The notes: a model not told the origin generated them from the letters alone. 64,000 nucleotides of DNA from Candidatus Ryanbacteria bacterium CG10_big_fil_rev_8_21_14_0_10_43_42 (GCA_002793915.1 PFEF01000005.1:7571-71570); one strand, 5' to 3'. Numbered from the stretch's first letter, positions 1-9,322 are shown. Numbers and translations are program-made.

Positions 1-75
1 AAACGTTTGCGCGGAAGCAAGAAAGGGAGCTGTCAGTAAAGAAAGAGGGGAAAGATATTTAAGTAATGTTGTCAT
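1..75 (-). CDS. 5' fragment of a further pilin-like gene (signal peptide only; runs off window)
   Basis: Manual translation MTTLLKYLSPLSLLTAPFLASAQTF ends in the same AxAQ signal motif as the neighbouring pilins. Confidence 0.6.
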   Translation of the reverse strand, partial: MTTLLKYLSPLSLLTAPFLASAQTF

Positions 76-125
76 TATGCTCTTTGAATATTAATTAATA
101 ATACGAAAAGTTCGACCTGTATTGG

Positions 126-485
126 TTACTGATTTGGTCCCAAGGGAATATCGGTAAAGCTGTCAGCCCCTTGTCCAAAGATAAAATCGAGAATAAGGTT
201 TACGAATCCCCAAACGGCAACCATAACGGCAAGAAAGATAATGCCCCACACAATCATCCCGCGGGCTTCTTTTCGTTTTTCTTCATCGCCACTTGCCAGG
301 ATGTAGCGCACAATACCCAAAAGGAAGAGGAATGTGGCAAGAAGAATAAGGAAACTTATCAGGATGTTGATAATATCGGAAGCGTCTGCAAGGAGATCTT
401 CAATATTCACATTTACCTGCGCAAGGGCGATAAAAGGAAAAAGAAGAGATCCTGCCGCAATGCCGTAACGTAAACGATGTATCAT
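126..485 (-). CDS. VirB2/TrbC-like pilin (CPR type)
   Basis: Signal peptide ending ALAQ, two hydrophobic helices around GIVRYI..GDEEKRKEAR..IVWGIIFLAVMVAVWG. Confidence 0.8.
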   Translation of the reverse strand: MIHRLRYGIAAGSLLFPFIALAQVNVNIEDLLADASDIINILISFLILLATFLFLLGIVRYILASGDEEKRKEARGMIVWGIIFLAVMVAVWGFVNLILDFIFGQGADSFTDIPLGPNQ

Positions 486-693
486 GACAAGAAAATTATA
501 TTAATAATGTCTGCCCGCGGATAAAGCAGGCAACCTGCTTGTTTGAGTAAGAATTGCATGTATGGTGCATACAATAATGACCTTTGAAAAGTACATATAA
601 ATGTATCGTAATAGTATCATGAGCCAAATAGTGTCTACAATACGCAAGAAAGGAATGTTGGGGATAGTTTTCTCCAGTGAAAATTTTCGTTCA

Positions 694-1089
694 TTACGGA
701 AGGGCGCCTTTATCAAGGCGCGGGCCGGGAGGAATTACATCATTATTATTAATGGCATTTGGGTCATCGAATACAAAGTTAAGAAGAAGCGCAACAAATC
801 CCCAGATGGCAACCATCACAGCAAGAAAGATAATACCCCATACGATAAACTTTCGTGCTTCGGCAATTTGGTCTTGGTCTCCATGTGCCGATATGTACCG
901 CACGATGCCCCACATAAATACCGCCGTTGCTAGAAGTACAAAAAAAACGATACTGGCATTGATAAAATCAGCAACGTCAACGAGAACGTCCCCAATATCA
1001 ATGTTACCCTGGGCTGATGCAAAAAACGGCAGGGATAATATGCTGTACATAACGGCTATGGGTGAGATGTATGCGTAGTGTTTGAACAT
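694..1089 (-). CDS. VirB2/TrbC-like pilin
   Basis: ASAQ signal; WGIVRYI..GDQDQIAEARKFIVWGII motif; paralog of neighbours. Confidence 0.8.
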   Translation of the reverse strand: MFKHYAYISPIAVMYSILSLPFFASAQGNIDIGDVLVDVADFINASIVFFVLLATAVFMWGIVRYISAHGDQDQIAEARKFIVWGIIFLAVMVAIWGFVALLLNFVFDDPNAINNNDVIPPGPRLDKGALP

Positions 1090-1122
1090 AATGATAATTA
1101 TGAATAAAGGACAGTACTTATA

Positions 1123-1518
1123 TTAGGGTAGTCTGTCAATTAATGCGTTCGTATTTCCTTCGGGACCCATTGGTATGGTGGTGAAATCATCTGCTTCTTT
1201 GTTAAAAAAGAAATCGAGCAAGATATTGACGAATCCCCAAACGGCAACCATAACGGCAAGAAGGATAATGCCCCATACGATAAACTTTCGCGCTTCGGTG
1301 CGCTCGTTTTCATCTCCTCCGGCGGCAATATAGCGAACAATACCCCAGAGAAAAAGGAATGTGGCGCCTAAGATGGCGAGGGATATAAGGATGTTGAAAA
1401 GAATGGAAAAAGAATCAAGAACATTGAAAATATCATCTCCCGAAAACTGCGCGAGTACCGCTCCGGGAACGGCAAGAAAAGAAAGGGAAGGCAGGATGTA
1501 GTGTAGAAATGTTTTCAT
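1123..1518 (-). CDS. VirB2/TrbC-like pilin
   Basis: VLAQ signal; WGIVRYI..GGDENERTEARKFIVWGII. Confidence 0.8.
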   Translation of the reverse strand: MKTFLHYILPSLSFLAVPGAVLAQFSGDDIFNVLDSFSILFNILISLAILGATFLFLWGIVRYIAAGGDENERTEARKFIVWGIILLAVMVAVWGFVNILLDFFFNKEADDFTTIPMGPEGNTNALIDRLP

Positions 1519-1541
1519 GTTTTGTGCGGTGCTGATATTGT

Positions 1542-1838
1542 CTATATGGGCTGTACGATATCTATGGGAATGGTTGGTGCCGGATCAAGGCCTGATCCGA
1601 AAACGAATCCGAAAAGCAGTGCAACAAGTCCCCATACGGCGGTAACGACGGCAAGAGAGACGATGCCCCAGACAATAAATCTTCGTGCTTCAGCGATTTG
1701 GTCTTCATTTCCGCCGGCAGTGAGGTAGCGGACAATACCCCACATAAATACCGCCGTTGCCGTTACCATTAAAAGAGGAATAACGATATTATTTAGAAGA
1801 AGCGCAATATTATGCAGTATGGCATCTATAGTAAGCAT
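1542..1838 (-). CDS. VirB2/TrbC-like pilin (no long signal peptide)
   Basis: WGIVRYLTAGGNEDQIAEARRFIVWGIV. Confidence 0.75.
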   Translation of the reverse strand: MLTIDAILHNIALLLNNIVIPLLMVTATAVFMWGIVRYLTAGGNEDQIAEARRFIVWGIVSLAVVTAVWGLVALLFGFVFGSGLDPAPTIPIDIVQPI

Positions 1839-2155
1839 TATAATGCACTGAAGAAGTTAGAAATAACGAGCATGATGGCGCCGGTGCCAAACATAATAAA
1901 CATACCGACAATGCCCCAAATGATATAGCGTTTTCCCGTTGCCTGCGCTTCCTCGCTGTCAGCGCCCGCAATAAACCGGATGAGACCTATAATGAATACT
2001 ACGGTAGCGAGTACAAACAAAAATACAATGGCCGGTAATATGGCCTCATTCCATAGTTTTTTAATGATATCACCAAGCGTAGGGCTTGCCGGAATCTGTG
2101 CATGCGCCGAAGGGATGCCAAATAATAATTCCATGTAGGAAAGAATAATACTCAT
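1838..2155 (-). CDS. VirB2/TrbC-like pilin
   Basis: AHAQ signal; GLIRFIAGADSEEAQATGKRYIIWGIVG. Confidence 0.75.
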   Translation of the reverse strand: MSIILSYMELLFGIPSAHAQIPASPTLGDIIKKLWNEAILPAIVFLFVLATVVFIIGLIRFIAGADSEEAQATGKRYIIWGIVGMFIMFGTGAIMLVISNFFSAL

Positions 2156-2589
2156 GGTACGCTAAGATTTTTAGCAAAGTTTACGATGGCCGTTGCGATA
2201 GCAAAGGCACCGATAACAATGACACCGCCGATAAGTGCCCAATAGAAAGTTGTTTTTGCCTGTTGGAGTTTTTGTTCATTTCCGCCGGACGTAACAAACA
2301 AGAACCCGGCGTAAATAAGAAAAATGGCAACGAGAGGAATGCCTATAGCAATAACGGCATTTGCGATTGCTTGTACGAGTTCGCCGAATGTTTTTGCGGC
2401 GATGGGATTGCTAATACCAAGCCCTCCGGTGGGTCCGGCAGGTGGCGGCGGTGTGGGTGTGGGTGAAGGAGGTGGTGGAGGAGGTGGTGGAAGTGATTGC
2501 GTATTCCCTGATAAGGGCAGGGTGAGTGCAAACAGGGCGAGAAGCATTGCGCGCTTTTTTGCAAAACGGATTACGGATGAAATAGTCAT
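2152..2589 (-). CDS. VirB2/TrbC-like pilin with N-terminal poly-proline tract
   Basis: PPPPPPPPSPTPTPPPP, then ISNPI..IYAGFLFVTSGGNEQKLQQAKTTFYWALIG. Confidence 0.8.
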   Translation of the reverse strand: MTISSVIRFAKKRAMLLALFALTLPLSGNTQSLPPPPPPPPSPTPTPPPPAGPTGGLGISNPIAAKTFGELVQAIANAVIAIGIPLVAIFLIYAGFLFVTSGGNEQKLQQAKTTFYWALIGGVIVIGAFAIATAIVNFAKNLSVP

Positions 2590-2707
2590 GTAATTATAAT
2601 ACTACAGAAAAAGAAACTGCTATAGAGGATTATCCACAGAACAGAGAAAGTATAGCGGAATTCTATAGTATAATGAAAAGCATTATAAGATATTAACTAT
2701 TGTAACC

Positions 2708-5143
2708 ATGATACGCGCGCGCTTTTCCTTTATGCACATACTTTTTTCTGTCGTATTTGGCGTGGGAGGTATGCTGGCGTTATTTTTTACATTCACGTAT
2801 GCACAGTCATCAGCGTGTCATCTTTTGAATTCAAGCAATCCGGTTCCGCAGGGATATGGTGCCGCATATAATTCATTTTCAACAGGAAGAGAGCTTATTG
2901 CCGAGACGTTCTGTGACAATAATACCGTATCTGTTGTGGTAGGACAAAATGAAGATCAAAGTACGGTGGCGGTATGGAAACAGGGGTGGAAATGGAACGG
3001 ATCGTCGTGGTCGGAGATAACACTTTCCGGAACGCCGTTCACGGAAGATAGTAACTGGATTTTAGGAACGGGGCGCGTATTTATTCCGAGCAGTTCTTTT
3101 TCGGAAGGAGTACATGCGGTGGCGGTATTCGCCTGTGTTCTTGAGGGGGGTAATTGGCAATGCGGGTGTCGCGATAACTCTTGCGGTACCAGTAATTGGA
3201 TGCTTCAGCAATTTGCTGTTTCCTCAACACTTCCTCCGTCACCGAGCGGATGTATAGGCGCACCGCAGGGAGTGTGCGATGCGTACGATAACGGAACGGC
3301 AACGGGTACATACTGCAAAGACGGAAATACCCGTACCGTAACGGGGGATCCGGATTATGTATTTTGGGCCGCAAACAACACTATTTACCATCGTCTTTCC
3401 GCGCATGTCTTTATTGAGGTGTCTACGGGAGAATGGGATGCCGGACAAGCGGTATGCGAATCGGTGGAAAGCGCGCTTGATGTTGGCGGCGGCGGACAGT
3501 CATGTATAGGCGCACCGCAAGGAGTGTGCGATGCGTATTTAAATGAAACGGCCACCGGTACATACTGCAAAAATGGCATAATGAGTACCGTAACAGGGAC
3601 GCCCGAATATGTATATTGGGGTGCAAATAATACTATTTATCACCGCATGGCACACAATGTATTTGCCGATGTTCCCCAAGCAGATTGGGACGTATACGAG
3701 ACAGCATGTCAGGCAGGTACGACGCCAAACGGGTGCACGGGCGCGCCACAAGGAGTATGTACGGCATATATTAATGAATCGGCAACGGGCACGTATTGCA
3801 ATGACGGCGTGGAAAGTACCGTGACGGGAGATCCGGATTATGTATATTGGGGTGGGAACGATACCATTTATCATCGTCTTTACGATAGGGTTTTTAATAC
3901 GATTTCAAAAAGCGAATGGGACGGCACGAAAGCTATTTGTGCGGCGGAAGAATCGATTGCCAACTCGATAGTGCAGTGTAAGGGCGCGCCTCAAGGAGTG
4001 TGTGATGCGTATACAAACGGCATAGCAACGGGTACATACTGTAAAGACGGAAATACCCGTACCGTAACGGGAGATCCGGATTATGTATTTTGGGCGGGGA
4101 ATAATACTATTTATTATCGTCTGGGGACTGGTTCATTCGTACCGATTTCAGAGGCGGACTGGAATGCCGGACAGGCGGCATGCGGGAATGAATCGGTGCC
4201 ACGGTGCATAGGCGCGCCTCAAGGAGTGTGTGATGCGTATACAAATGGTACAGCAACAGGCACGTATTGTACGGATGCAAGTACCCGTACCGTAACGGGA
4301 GATCCGGATTATGTATTTTGGGGTGGGAACGATACTATTTACTACCGGCTTGCCGAAGGAGTATTCATACCCGTACCGCGTTCCGAATGGGATGCCGGGC
4401 AGAGTGCCTGTGAGGCAATGGAAAGCCAGCTTTCTTTGGGTACCGCATGCGTAGGCGCTCCGCAGGAATTGTGTACAGCATACAATAATGGAACGGCAAC
4501 GGGTAATTATTGTGCGCATGGCATAATGAGTACGGTTGCGGGAGACCCTGATTATGCATACTGGGGTCCTACCGATACTATTTATTACCGTCTTGCTCAT
4601 AACGTTTTTGTTCCGGTGGCGCGCAATGAATGGGACGCATATGAACAAGCATGCCTTCTTGGTATTAATAATGAAAACAGATGTGAGGGAGCATCAAGTT
4701 TTGTGTGTGACACCTATAAGGAGGGTATCGCTACAGGAACATATTGTCGGTATGGTGCGGAAAGTACCGTAACGGGAGATCCGGATTATGTATATGACGG
4801 TTTTTCCGACACTATTCACTATCGTTTGTGGGATGGTGTGTTTGAAACAGTGTTGAGTCCTAGTTGGGCGGCGGGACAAGCGGTATGTGCGTTGGAAGAG
4901 TCGGTGCGGAATACCTATACAACATGTACGGGCGCGCCGCAAGGGGTATGTAATGCGTATAATAACGGAACGGCAACGGGTACATACTGCAAAGACGGAA
5001 ATACCCGTACCGTAACGGGGGATCCGGATTATGTATTTTGGGGCGGGAACGATACCATTTACTACCGGCTTGATAAAGGATCTTTTGCGGAAATACCCCG
5101 TGCTACCTGGGATGCATTTCAAACACAATGCGATAGTATGTAA
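2708..5143 (+). CDS. Secreted/membrane-anchored protein with 8 tandem ~78-aa Cys/Trp repeats
   Basis: N-terminal hydrophobic segment; repeats CxGAPQGVCxAY.NGTATGTYC...TVTGDPDYVFW..N.TIYYRL...W...C. Confidence 0.85.
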   Translation: MIRARFSFMHILFSVVFGVGGMLALFFTFTYAQSSACHLLNSSNPVPQGYGAAYNSFSTGRELIAETFCDNNTVSVVVGQNEDQSTVAVWKQGWKWNGSSWSEITLSGTPFTEDSNWILGTGRVFIPSSSFSEGVHAVAVFACVLEGGNWQCGCRDNSCGTSNWMLQQFAVSSTLPPSPSGCIGAPQGVCDAYDNGTATGTYCKDGNTRTVTGDPDYVFWAANNTIYHRLSAHVFIEVSTGEWDAGQAVCESVESALDVGGGGQSCIGAPQGVCDAYLNETATGTYCKNGIMSTVTGTPEYVYWGANNTIYHRMAHNVFADVPQADWDVYETACQAGTTPNGCTGAPQGVCTAYINESATGTYCNDGVESTVTGDPDYVYWGGNDTIYHRLYDRVFNTISKSEWDGTKAICAAEESIANSIVQCKGAPQGVCDAYTNGIATGTYCKDGNTRTVTGDPDYVFWAGNNTIYYRLGTGSFVPISEADWNAGQAACGNESVPRCIGAPQGVCDAYTNGTATGTYCTDASTRTVTGDPDYVFWGGNDTIYYRLAEGVFIPVPRSEWDAGQSACEAMESQLSLGTACVGAPQELCTAYNNGTATGNYCAHGIMSTVAGDPDYAYWGPTDTIYYRLAHNVFVPVARNEWDAYEQACLLGINNENRCEGASSFVCDTYKEGIATGTYCRYGAESTVTGDPDYVYDGFSDTIHYRLWDGVFETVLSPSWAAGQAVCALEESVRNTYTTCTGAPQGVCNAYNNGTATGTYCKDGNTRTVTGDPDYVFWGGNDTIYYRLDKGSFAEIPRATWDAFQTQCDSM
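3251..5140 (+). repeat. Eight intragenic tandem repeats of 228-252 bp
   Basis: Units start near 3251, 3503, 3734, 3977, 4205, 4448, 4682 and 4925; shared DNA such as ACCGTAACGGG(G/A)GATCCGGATTATGTATTTTGGG. Confidence 0.9.
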
Positions 5144-5158
5144 TTGCACATAATACAG

Positions 5159-5194
5159 ACAAAAATCCGTTATTTATATAACGGATTTTTGTTT
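5159..5194. terminator. Bidirectional intrinsic terminator
   Basis: ACAAAAATCCGTTA / TAACGGATTTTTGT inverted repeat between convergent genes. Confidence 0.75.
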
Positions 5195-5215
5195 AGGCAC
5201 CATTTATGGTGTGTC

Positions 5216-5776
5216 TCAAAGGGGAGTTCCGGTGGGACAAAAACTTAATCCCAGTTCTTTGCCGATGTATTTATCATTGACGCTTTGTGGGACACGGACG
5301 GAAATTTTTAATGTACATGCCTGTTGTGGTGTAATATCCAGAAGCATAAGCAGGTCACGTTCCATTTCAGCACGTACAAAAGGGATATTGGAGCCGTTGT
5401 TTATGCTTACGGTAAAGCTTGTATCCGGCGGGTAATACAAAAGCGTATACGAAGTTTGTTCGTCGTGGAGAAATACAATATGTTCTTCGGTGATTATGAT
5501 CGTGGGATCCGTATAAAAATTATGTACGGACATTGGCTCACCGGACCAGTCGTTAACGGTGAACGTATCTCCCGTAGGTAAGGGGGGTGCGGTAATATTT
5601 CCGTCCCCGGTATTCGATCCCGGTATTGTTCCGGGAACGGGAAGCCCGTTTTGACCGGGATTAATTATGACGTCCGGAGGCGTCACGGATGTACGAAAAA
5701 AGAACGCGTATATACCGAAACCAGTAATACTGACTACGACTATAACTATAACAATAAGTAAATGGCGAATATTCAT
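5216..5776 (-). CDS. Hypothetical membrane-anchored protein
   Basis: N-terminal TM helix, Pro/Gly linker, two C-terminal Cys. Confidence 0.75.
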   Translation of the reverse strand: MNIRHLLIVIVIVVVSITGFGIYAFFFRTSVTPPDVIINPGQNGLPVPGTIPGSNTGDGNITAPPLPTGDTFTVNDWSGEPMSVHNFYTDPTIIITEEHIVFLHDEQTSYTLLYYPPDTSFTVSINNGSNIPFVRAEMERDLLMLLDITPQQACTLKISVRVPQSVNDKYIGKELGLSFCPTGTPL

Positions 5777-5841
5777 AAATGTACTGTACTATAAATCATG
5801 ATTTTAAAAAATGACGTATAAGTAAATGATAAAAGATGTAA

Positions 5842-7008
5842 TTATAATAGATTACAGTCGCCGGCGGTTGACCAATCTTTCCAGGTATTCCCCGCTTCCG
5901 CATATACCTGACATGCTGCCTTAATGTTTGATTTGGCATTTTTTGCCGCAACAACACAGCTTGTATAGAGGCTTTGGTTTACAATGACATACTTGCCTCC
6001 GCTCAACTGAAATGCGGATGGACAATTGAGTCCTGCCACTGAATGAACAGCTATATTGATTTGAAACAGTCCGATGGAGAAAGGGCAATTATTGGGTGGA
6101 TAAGGCGCGGGGCATCCGCCTCCGGTGGCGCGGTCCACCGTGCTTTCTCTCGTCGGGTTACCCGCGCTTTCAGCGCCACATATCTGCGATGCTTGGTTTG
6201 CCACGGATGCAAAGCATGAGGAAGGAGAAGAAAGAGCGGAGACAGAGCACGGTCCGATGCTTACCGGACTGCATGTTCCCCCTCCCGCCGCCGGACAGTT
6301 ATCTCCCGGATTATTATCTTGGCACGTTGTCCATACTTTGCCGTATGTCGCGTTCTCGGTACATACTTGAGAGCCGCTTGCCGGTCCGCAACCCATAAAA
6401 TTACATGCCTGGGTATCTCCCAAATTTTCCGTACAAATCTCAAAGCATGCTGTGTCCCATATACCGTTTAAACACGCTTGTGTACCAGCACCTCCGGAGG
6501 TGGTTGTGCACGCACGCGTTGGTGTAGCTGTCGGGTCGCATGCTTCCGCGCCTCCTCCCCCTCCTCCGCCGCCCGTAAATGCTGGAACGATACGTGCCTG
6601 ACAGGTAGGAAAATCGTTCCAGGGAAGACCGCCTCCGAAGTTTTTAAATCCGATTGTGGAAAGAAGAGTGCTGATAATAACCCATGCGGCAAATGCAATG
6701 AGAATACCGATAATTGTGTTGTATAGAGCGGCTTTTCCGGTTTCGAGTTGTCCGGGGTTTCCGCGGGATGTAAGAAGGAGTATACCGCCTATAAGAAGGG
6801 ATATAACGGCTACCGGAAGAATAAACTTAAAGAGGATAAAATCGATAATATTCTTGACGAGTACATATAAGTCGCATAAATCGCATGCTTTTGTATCCCC
6901 GCAGGGAACAAGACCGCCACTTTGCGCATGTGCCATGTCACCCAATAATACGCCGCCTAATCCGAAAAGGAGAACAATAATAAAGAGAGTTGTAAGGATG
7001 CGGCGCAT
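5842..7008 (-). CDS. Pilin-like domain fused via a Cys-rich linker to a lysozyme-like (SLT/lytic transglycosylase) domain
   Basis: AHAQ-GLVPCG; GGILLLTSRGNPGQLETGK pilin core; C-terminal AESAGNP, SIGLFQIN, NIKAA...WKDWS motifs. Confidence 0.75.
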   Translation of the reverse strand: MRRILTTLFIIVLLFGLGGVLLGDMAHAQSGGLVPCGDTKACDLCDLYVLVKNIIDFILFKFILPVAVISLLIGGILLLTSRGNPGQLETGKAALYNTIIGILIAFAAWVIISTLLSTIGFKNFGGGLPWNDFPTCQARIVPAFTGGGGGGGGAEACDPTATPTRACTTTSGGAGTQACLNGIWDTACFEICTENLGDTQACNFMGCGPASGSQVCTENATYGKVWTTCQDNNPGDNCPAAGGGTCSPVSIGPCSVSALSSPSSCFASVANQASQICGAESAGNPTRESTVDRATGGGCPAPYPPNNCPFSIGLFQINIAVHSVAGLNCPSAFQLSGGKYVIVNQSLYTSCVVAAKNAKSNIKAACQVYAEAGNTWKDWSTAGDCNLL

Positions 7009-7025
7009 AGTTATGGTGTGTATTA

Positions 7026-8336
7026 TTATTTTCTATCGTCGAGTAAGGTTGTAAGGCGTGCATGCGCTTCCGTTGCCGCGGTGTGCGGTTCGCGCCCGGC
7101 CAAAACGGCTTGTATCATATTTGTAAAAATGGTATCGGTTTCTTTTTCATGCGGATCATACCAGGTACGCGCCCGACGCGCCTCTTCATACATAATCGAA
7201 AAAATAGAATTTTCATGTCCGCGAGCAAGTACTGATCTTCGCACCGGCGCCATGCCAAAATTGGCGGCTATAAAGGGCGCTATGTCTTCCGAAGCAAAAA
7301 ATTTAGCAACTTGCCACGCCTCTTCCTGGTTGGTTGATGTTCGGGATACCACGAATCCTTCCGTGCGTCCGTATCCCATACGAAGAGGGGCATCCGTATA
7401 TTGAGGTACTAACGCTACCCCTATATTTACATGCACATTTGCTTTCATAATATCCGTAAGGTCACTGGCACGACCGACAAACATGGCGAGATCTTCGCGT
7501 GCAAAAGCCGATACGGGATTGGAGAATGTGCTATTCCAGCTGTAGGATGTTTTTTCTCTCTTGCCAAAATCCGTATAGAATCGAAGAGCCGATTCCGTAG
7601 GAGAAACATTAATGGAGTTTATGATGCGGCTTTCTCCCAGCGTGACATCTTTTGTTGCCGGATCAACAATAGCAGTGCCTCCCTGTAGAATAAGCAAGCT
7701 CATAATATCTTTTGCGTGTGGGATATTACGCGCAAGACCCATGGCGGATCCTGCACGCGTGATATTATCGCCCCCATTTTTTTTGGTAAGACGGATGCTT
7801 TGAATAAGAAATTCATCCCACGTGGTGGGCGGCAAGGACAGCGCCTCTCCGGCAAATAAATCTTTATTCCAAAATAGCACGAGAGGATCAATGGCGAGAG
7901 GAATGCCGAGGATGAGGCCATTTTGAAAAAATATATCACCGGCGGCTTCAATGTTTGTTTCTTCAAATTCTCTTTGAGTCATGTAAACGGAGGGTACCGG
8001 TGTTATCTTGTCTCGCATACGATGAAGCATGGTGTCGGGAATAAGCCACATATCAGGACCCGTGTCTATAGCAAGAGCGTTGATGAGATCATTTTCGAAT
8101 GTATCCGAACTTTTTTCAACGTAGGAAATTTTAATACTTGAATACTCCCGTTCGAATAAATCAATACTATCTTTCATGACGGAGTACGGATGTATGCCCC
8201 ATATGGTAAGGAATGTTTTTCTATTTGTATTGCGAATACCGGGGATAATACCAAGTAAAATAAGTACCACGACAAAAATAATGGCAATGGTGCCGATATA
8301 AATGGCAAGCTGGAGTTTGCTAGTTTCTTTATTCAT
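7026..8336 (-). CDS. Extracellular solute-binding protein, sugar ABC type (family 1)
   Basis: N-terminal TM; LTIWG, GPDMW, GIPLAIDPLVLFWNKDLF, PPTTWDEF motifs. Confidence 0.85.
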   Translation of the reverse strand: MNKETSKLQLAIYIGTIAIIFVVVLILLGIIPGIRNTNRKTFLTIWGIHPYSVMKDSIDLFEREYSSIKISYVEKSSDTFENDLINALAIDTGPDMWLIPDTMLHRMRDKITPVPSVYMTQREFEETNIEAAGDIFFQNGLILGIPLAIDPLVLFWNKDLFAGEALSLPPTTWDEFLIQSIRLTKKNGGDNITRAGSAMGLARNIPHAKDIMSLLILQGGTAIVDPATKDVTLGESRIINSINVSPTESALRFYTDFGKREKTSYSWNSTFSNPVSAFAREDLAMFVGRASDLTDIMKANVHVNIGVALVPQYTDAPLRMGYGRTEGFVVSRTSTNQEEAWQVAKFFASEDIAPFIAANFGMAPVRRSVLARGHENSIFSIMYEEARRARTWYDPHEKETDTIFTNMIQAVLAGREPHTAATEAHARLTTLLDDRK

Positions 8337-8344
8337 AGCATTGC

Positions 8345-8887
8345 TTATTTACCGCCATCCGTTTTTTTAAATAACATACCATAGTGATGTGATCCGGCAC
8401 TGAATTCTTTATCAAATACAAATCCTTCCTGTATCAGTAAATGTTCCACTTCCTTGCGGGGAACACGATATGGCAAAGGAGGCCCCGTATCCGATCCGCC
8501 TTCATCCCAATCGATAACGGCAGTATATCCGCGGGGTTTAAGTATGCGCCATGCCTCTTTAATAACAGCATTCTTTTTATCCGTCTGAAACAGTATATTA
8601 GCTATAAGAACAAAATCGATGGCGGTATCGGCAAGGCCGGAACCGCGTGGGCGTTCTACATCGGCACGGATTGATTCAATATGGTGGATACCGGCGGTTT
8701 CCGCTTGAGAGCGTACGGCTTCCAATGCTTCTGTTTGTACGTCAATGGCATATACGATTCCTCCGGGTCCTGTTAATTTTGCAAGCGAGAGCGCCCAGTG
8801 TCCGCCGCCGGTGCCAAAATCGGCAATATGCATGCCGGGCAAAATATTAAATGCTTTTGCAACAACGTCGGGGTGTAAAAATGCCAT
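8345..8887 (-). CDS. Class I SAM-dependent methyltransferase
   Basis: IADFGTGGGH motif I, YAIDV, RILKPRG. Confidence 0.9.
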   Translation of the reverse strand: MAFLHPDVVAKAFNILPGMHIADFGTGGGHWALSLAKLTGPGGIVYAIDVQTEALEAVRSQAETAGIHHIESIRADVERPRGSGLADTAIDFVLIANILFQTDKKNAVIKEAWRILKPRGYTAVIDWDEGGSDTGPPLPYRVPRKEVEHLLIQEGFVFDKEFSAGSHHYGMLFKKTDGGK

Positions 8888-8994
8888 ACGGATAGTATAC
8901 CGCAGTACCGGGTAAGTGGTAAGTGGGTTCTATAAAGAATATGTGAATAGATGTATGAGTGTGGGGAAATAAAAACACCCCTATATGGGTGCAA

Positions 8995-9192
8995 ACAAAG
9001 ATAAACGCCCATATATTTTATGGGCGTCTAGATGCGGCAGGAAATGAGGTGGGGGTTATATGGGTGGAGGTCCTCCGCATAAGTAAAATTTTAAGTAAAG
9101 AACTTAAGGGTCAGCCCGTGGCTGGGCCGGTGAGTATTTCATCTGCCCTCCTCTTTAGGTTGATGTTTAGGTTGATGGGTTGATGAGATTAA
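8995..9192 (-). ncRNA. Candidate ~190-nt C-rich small RNA or leader with a 12-aa uORF
   Basis: Promoter upstream, terminator hairpin ACGCCCATA..TATGGGCGT downstream, GAGGAGG + MKYSPAQPRADP at 9104-9142. Confidence 0.35.
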
Positions 9193-9196
9193 CGGG

Positions 9197-9225
9197 ATAT
9201 TAGCATAAGGCGTATTATGCGTCAA
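9197..9225 (-). promoter_or_regulatory. Sigma70-type promoter
   Basis: TTGACG-17 bp-TAATAT with extended TG on the minus strand. Confidence 0.6.
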
Positions 9226-9322
9226 GCCCTTATGTTTTTTACTGTAAGTAACGGCAAGTAAAAAAATATTGTGAAATAATGCTTTTATTCCAATTAAAGT
9301 AATCAATCTTCTAAAAAAGGAA

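Noticed and set aside
3251-5140. Diversity-generating retroelement TR/VR pair
   Set aside because: The repeats are all in-frame coding units, differences are not adenine-specific and there is no reverse transcriptase in the window
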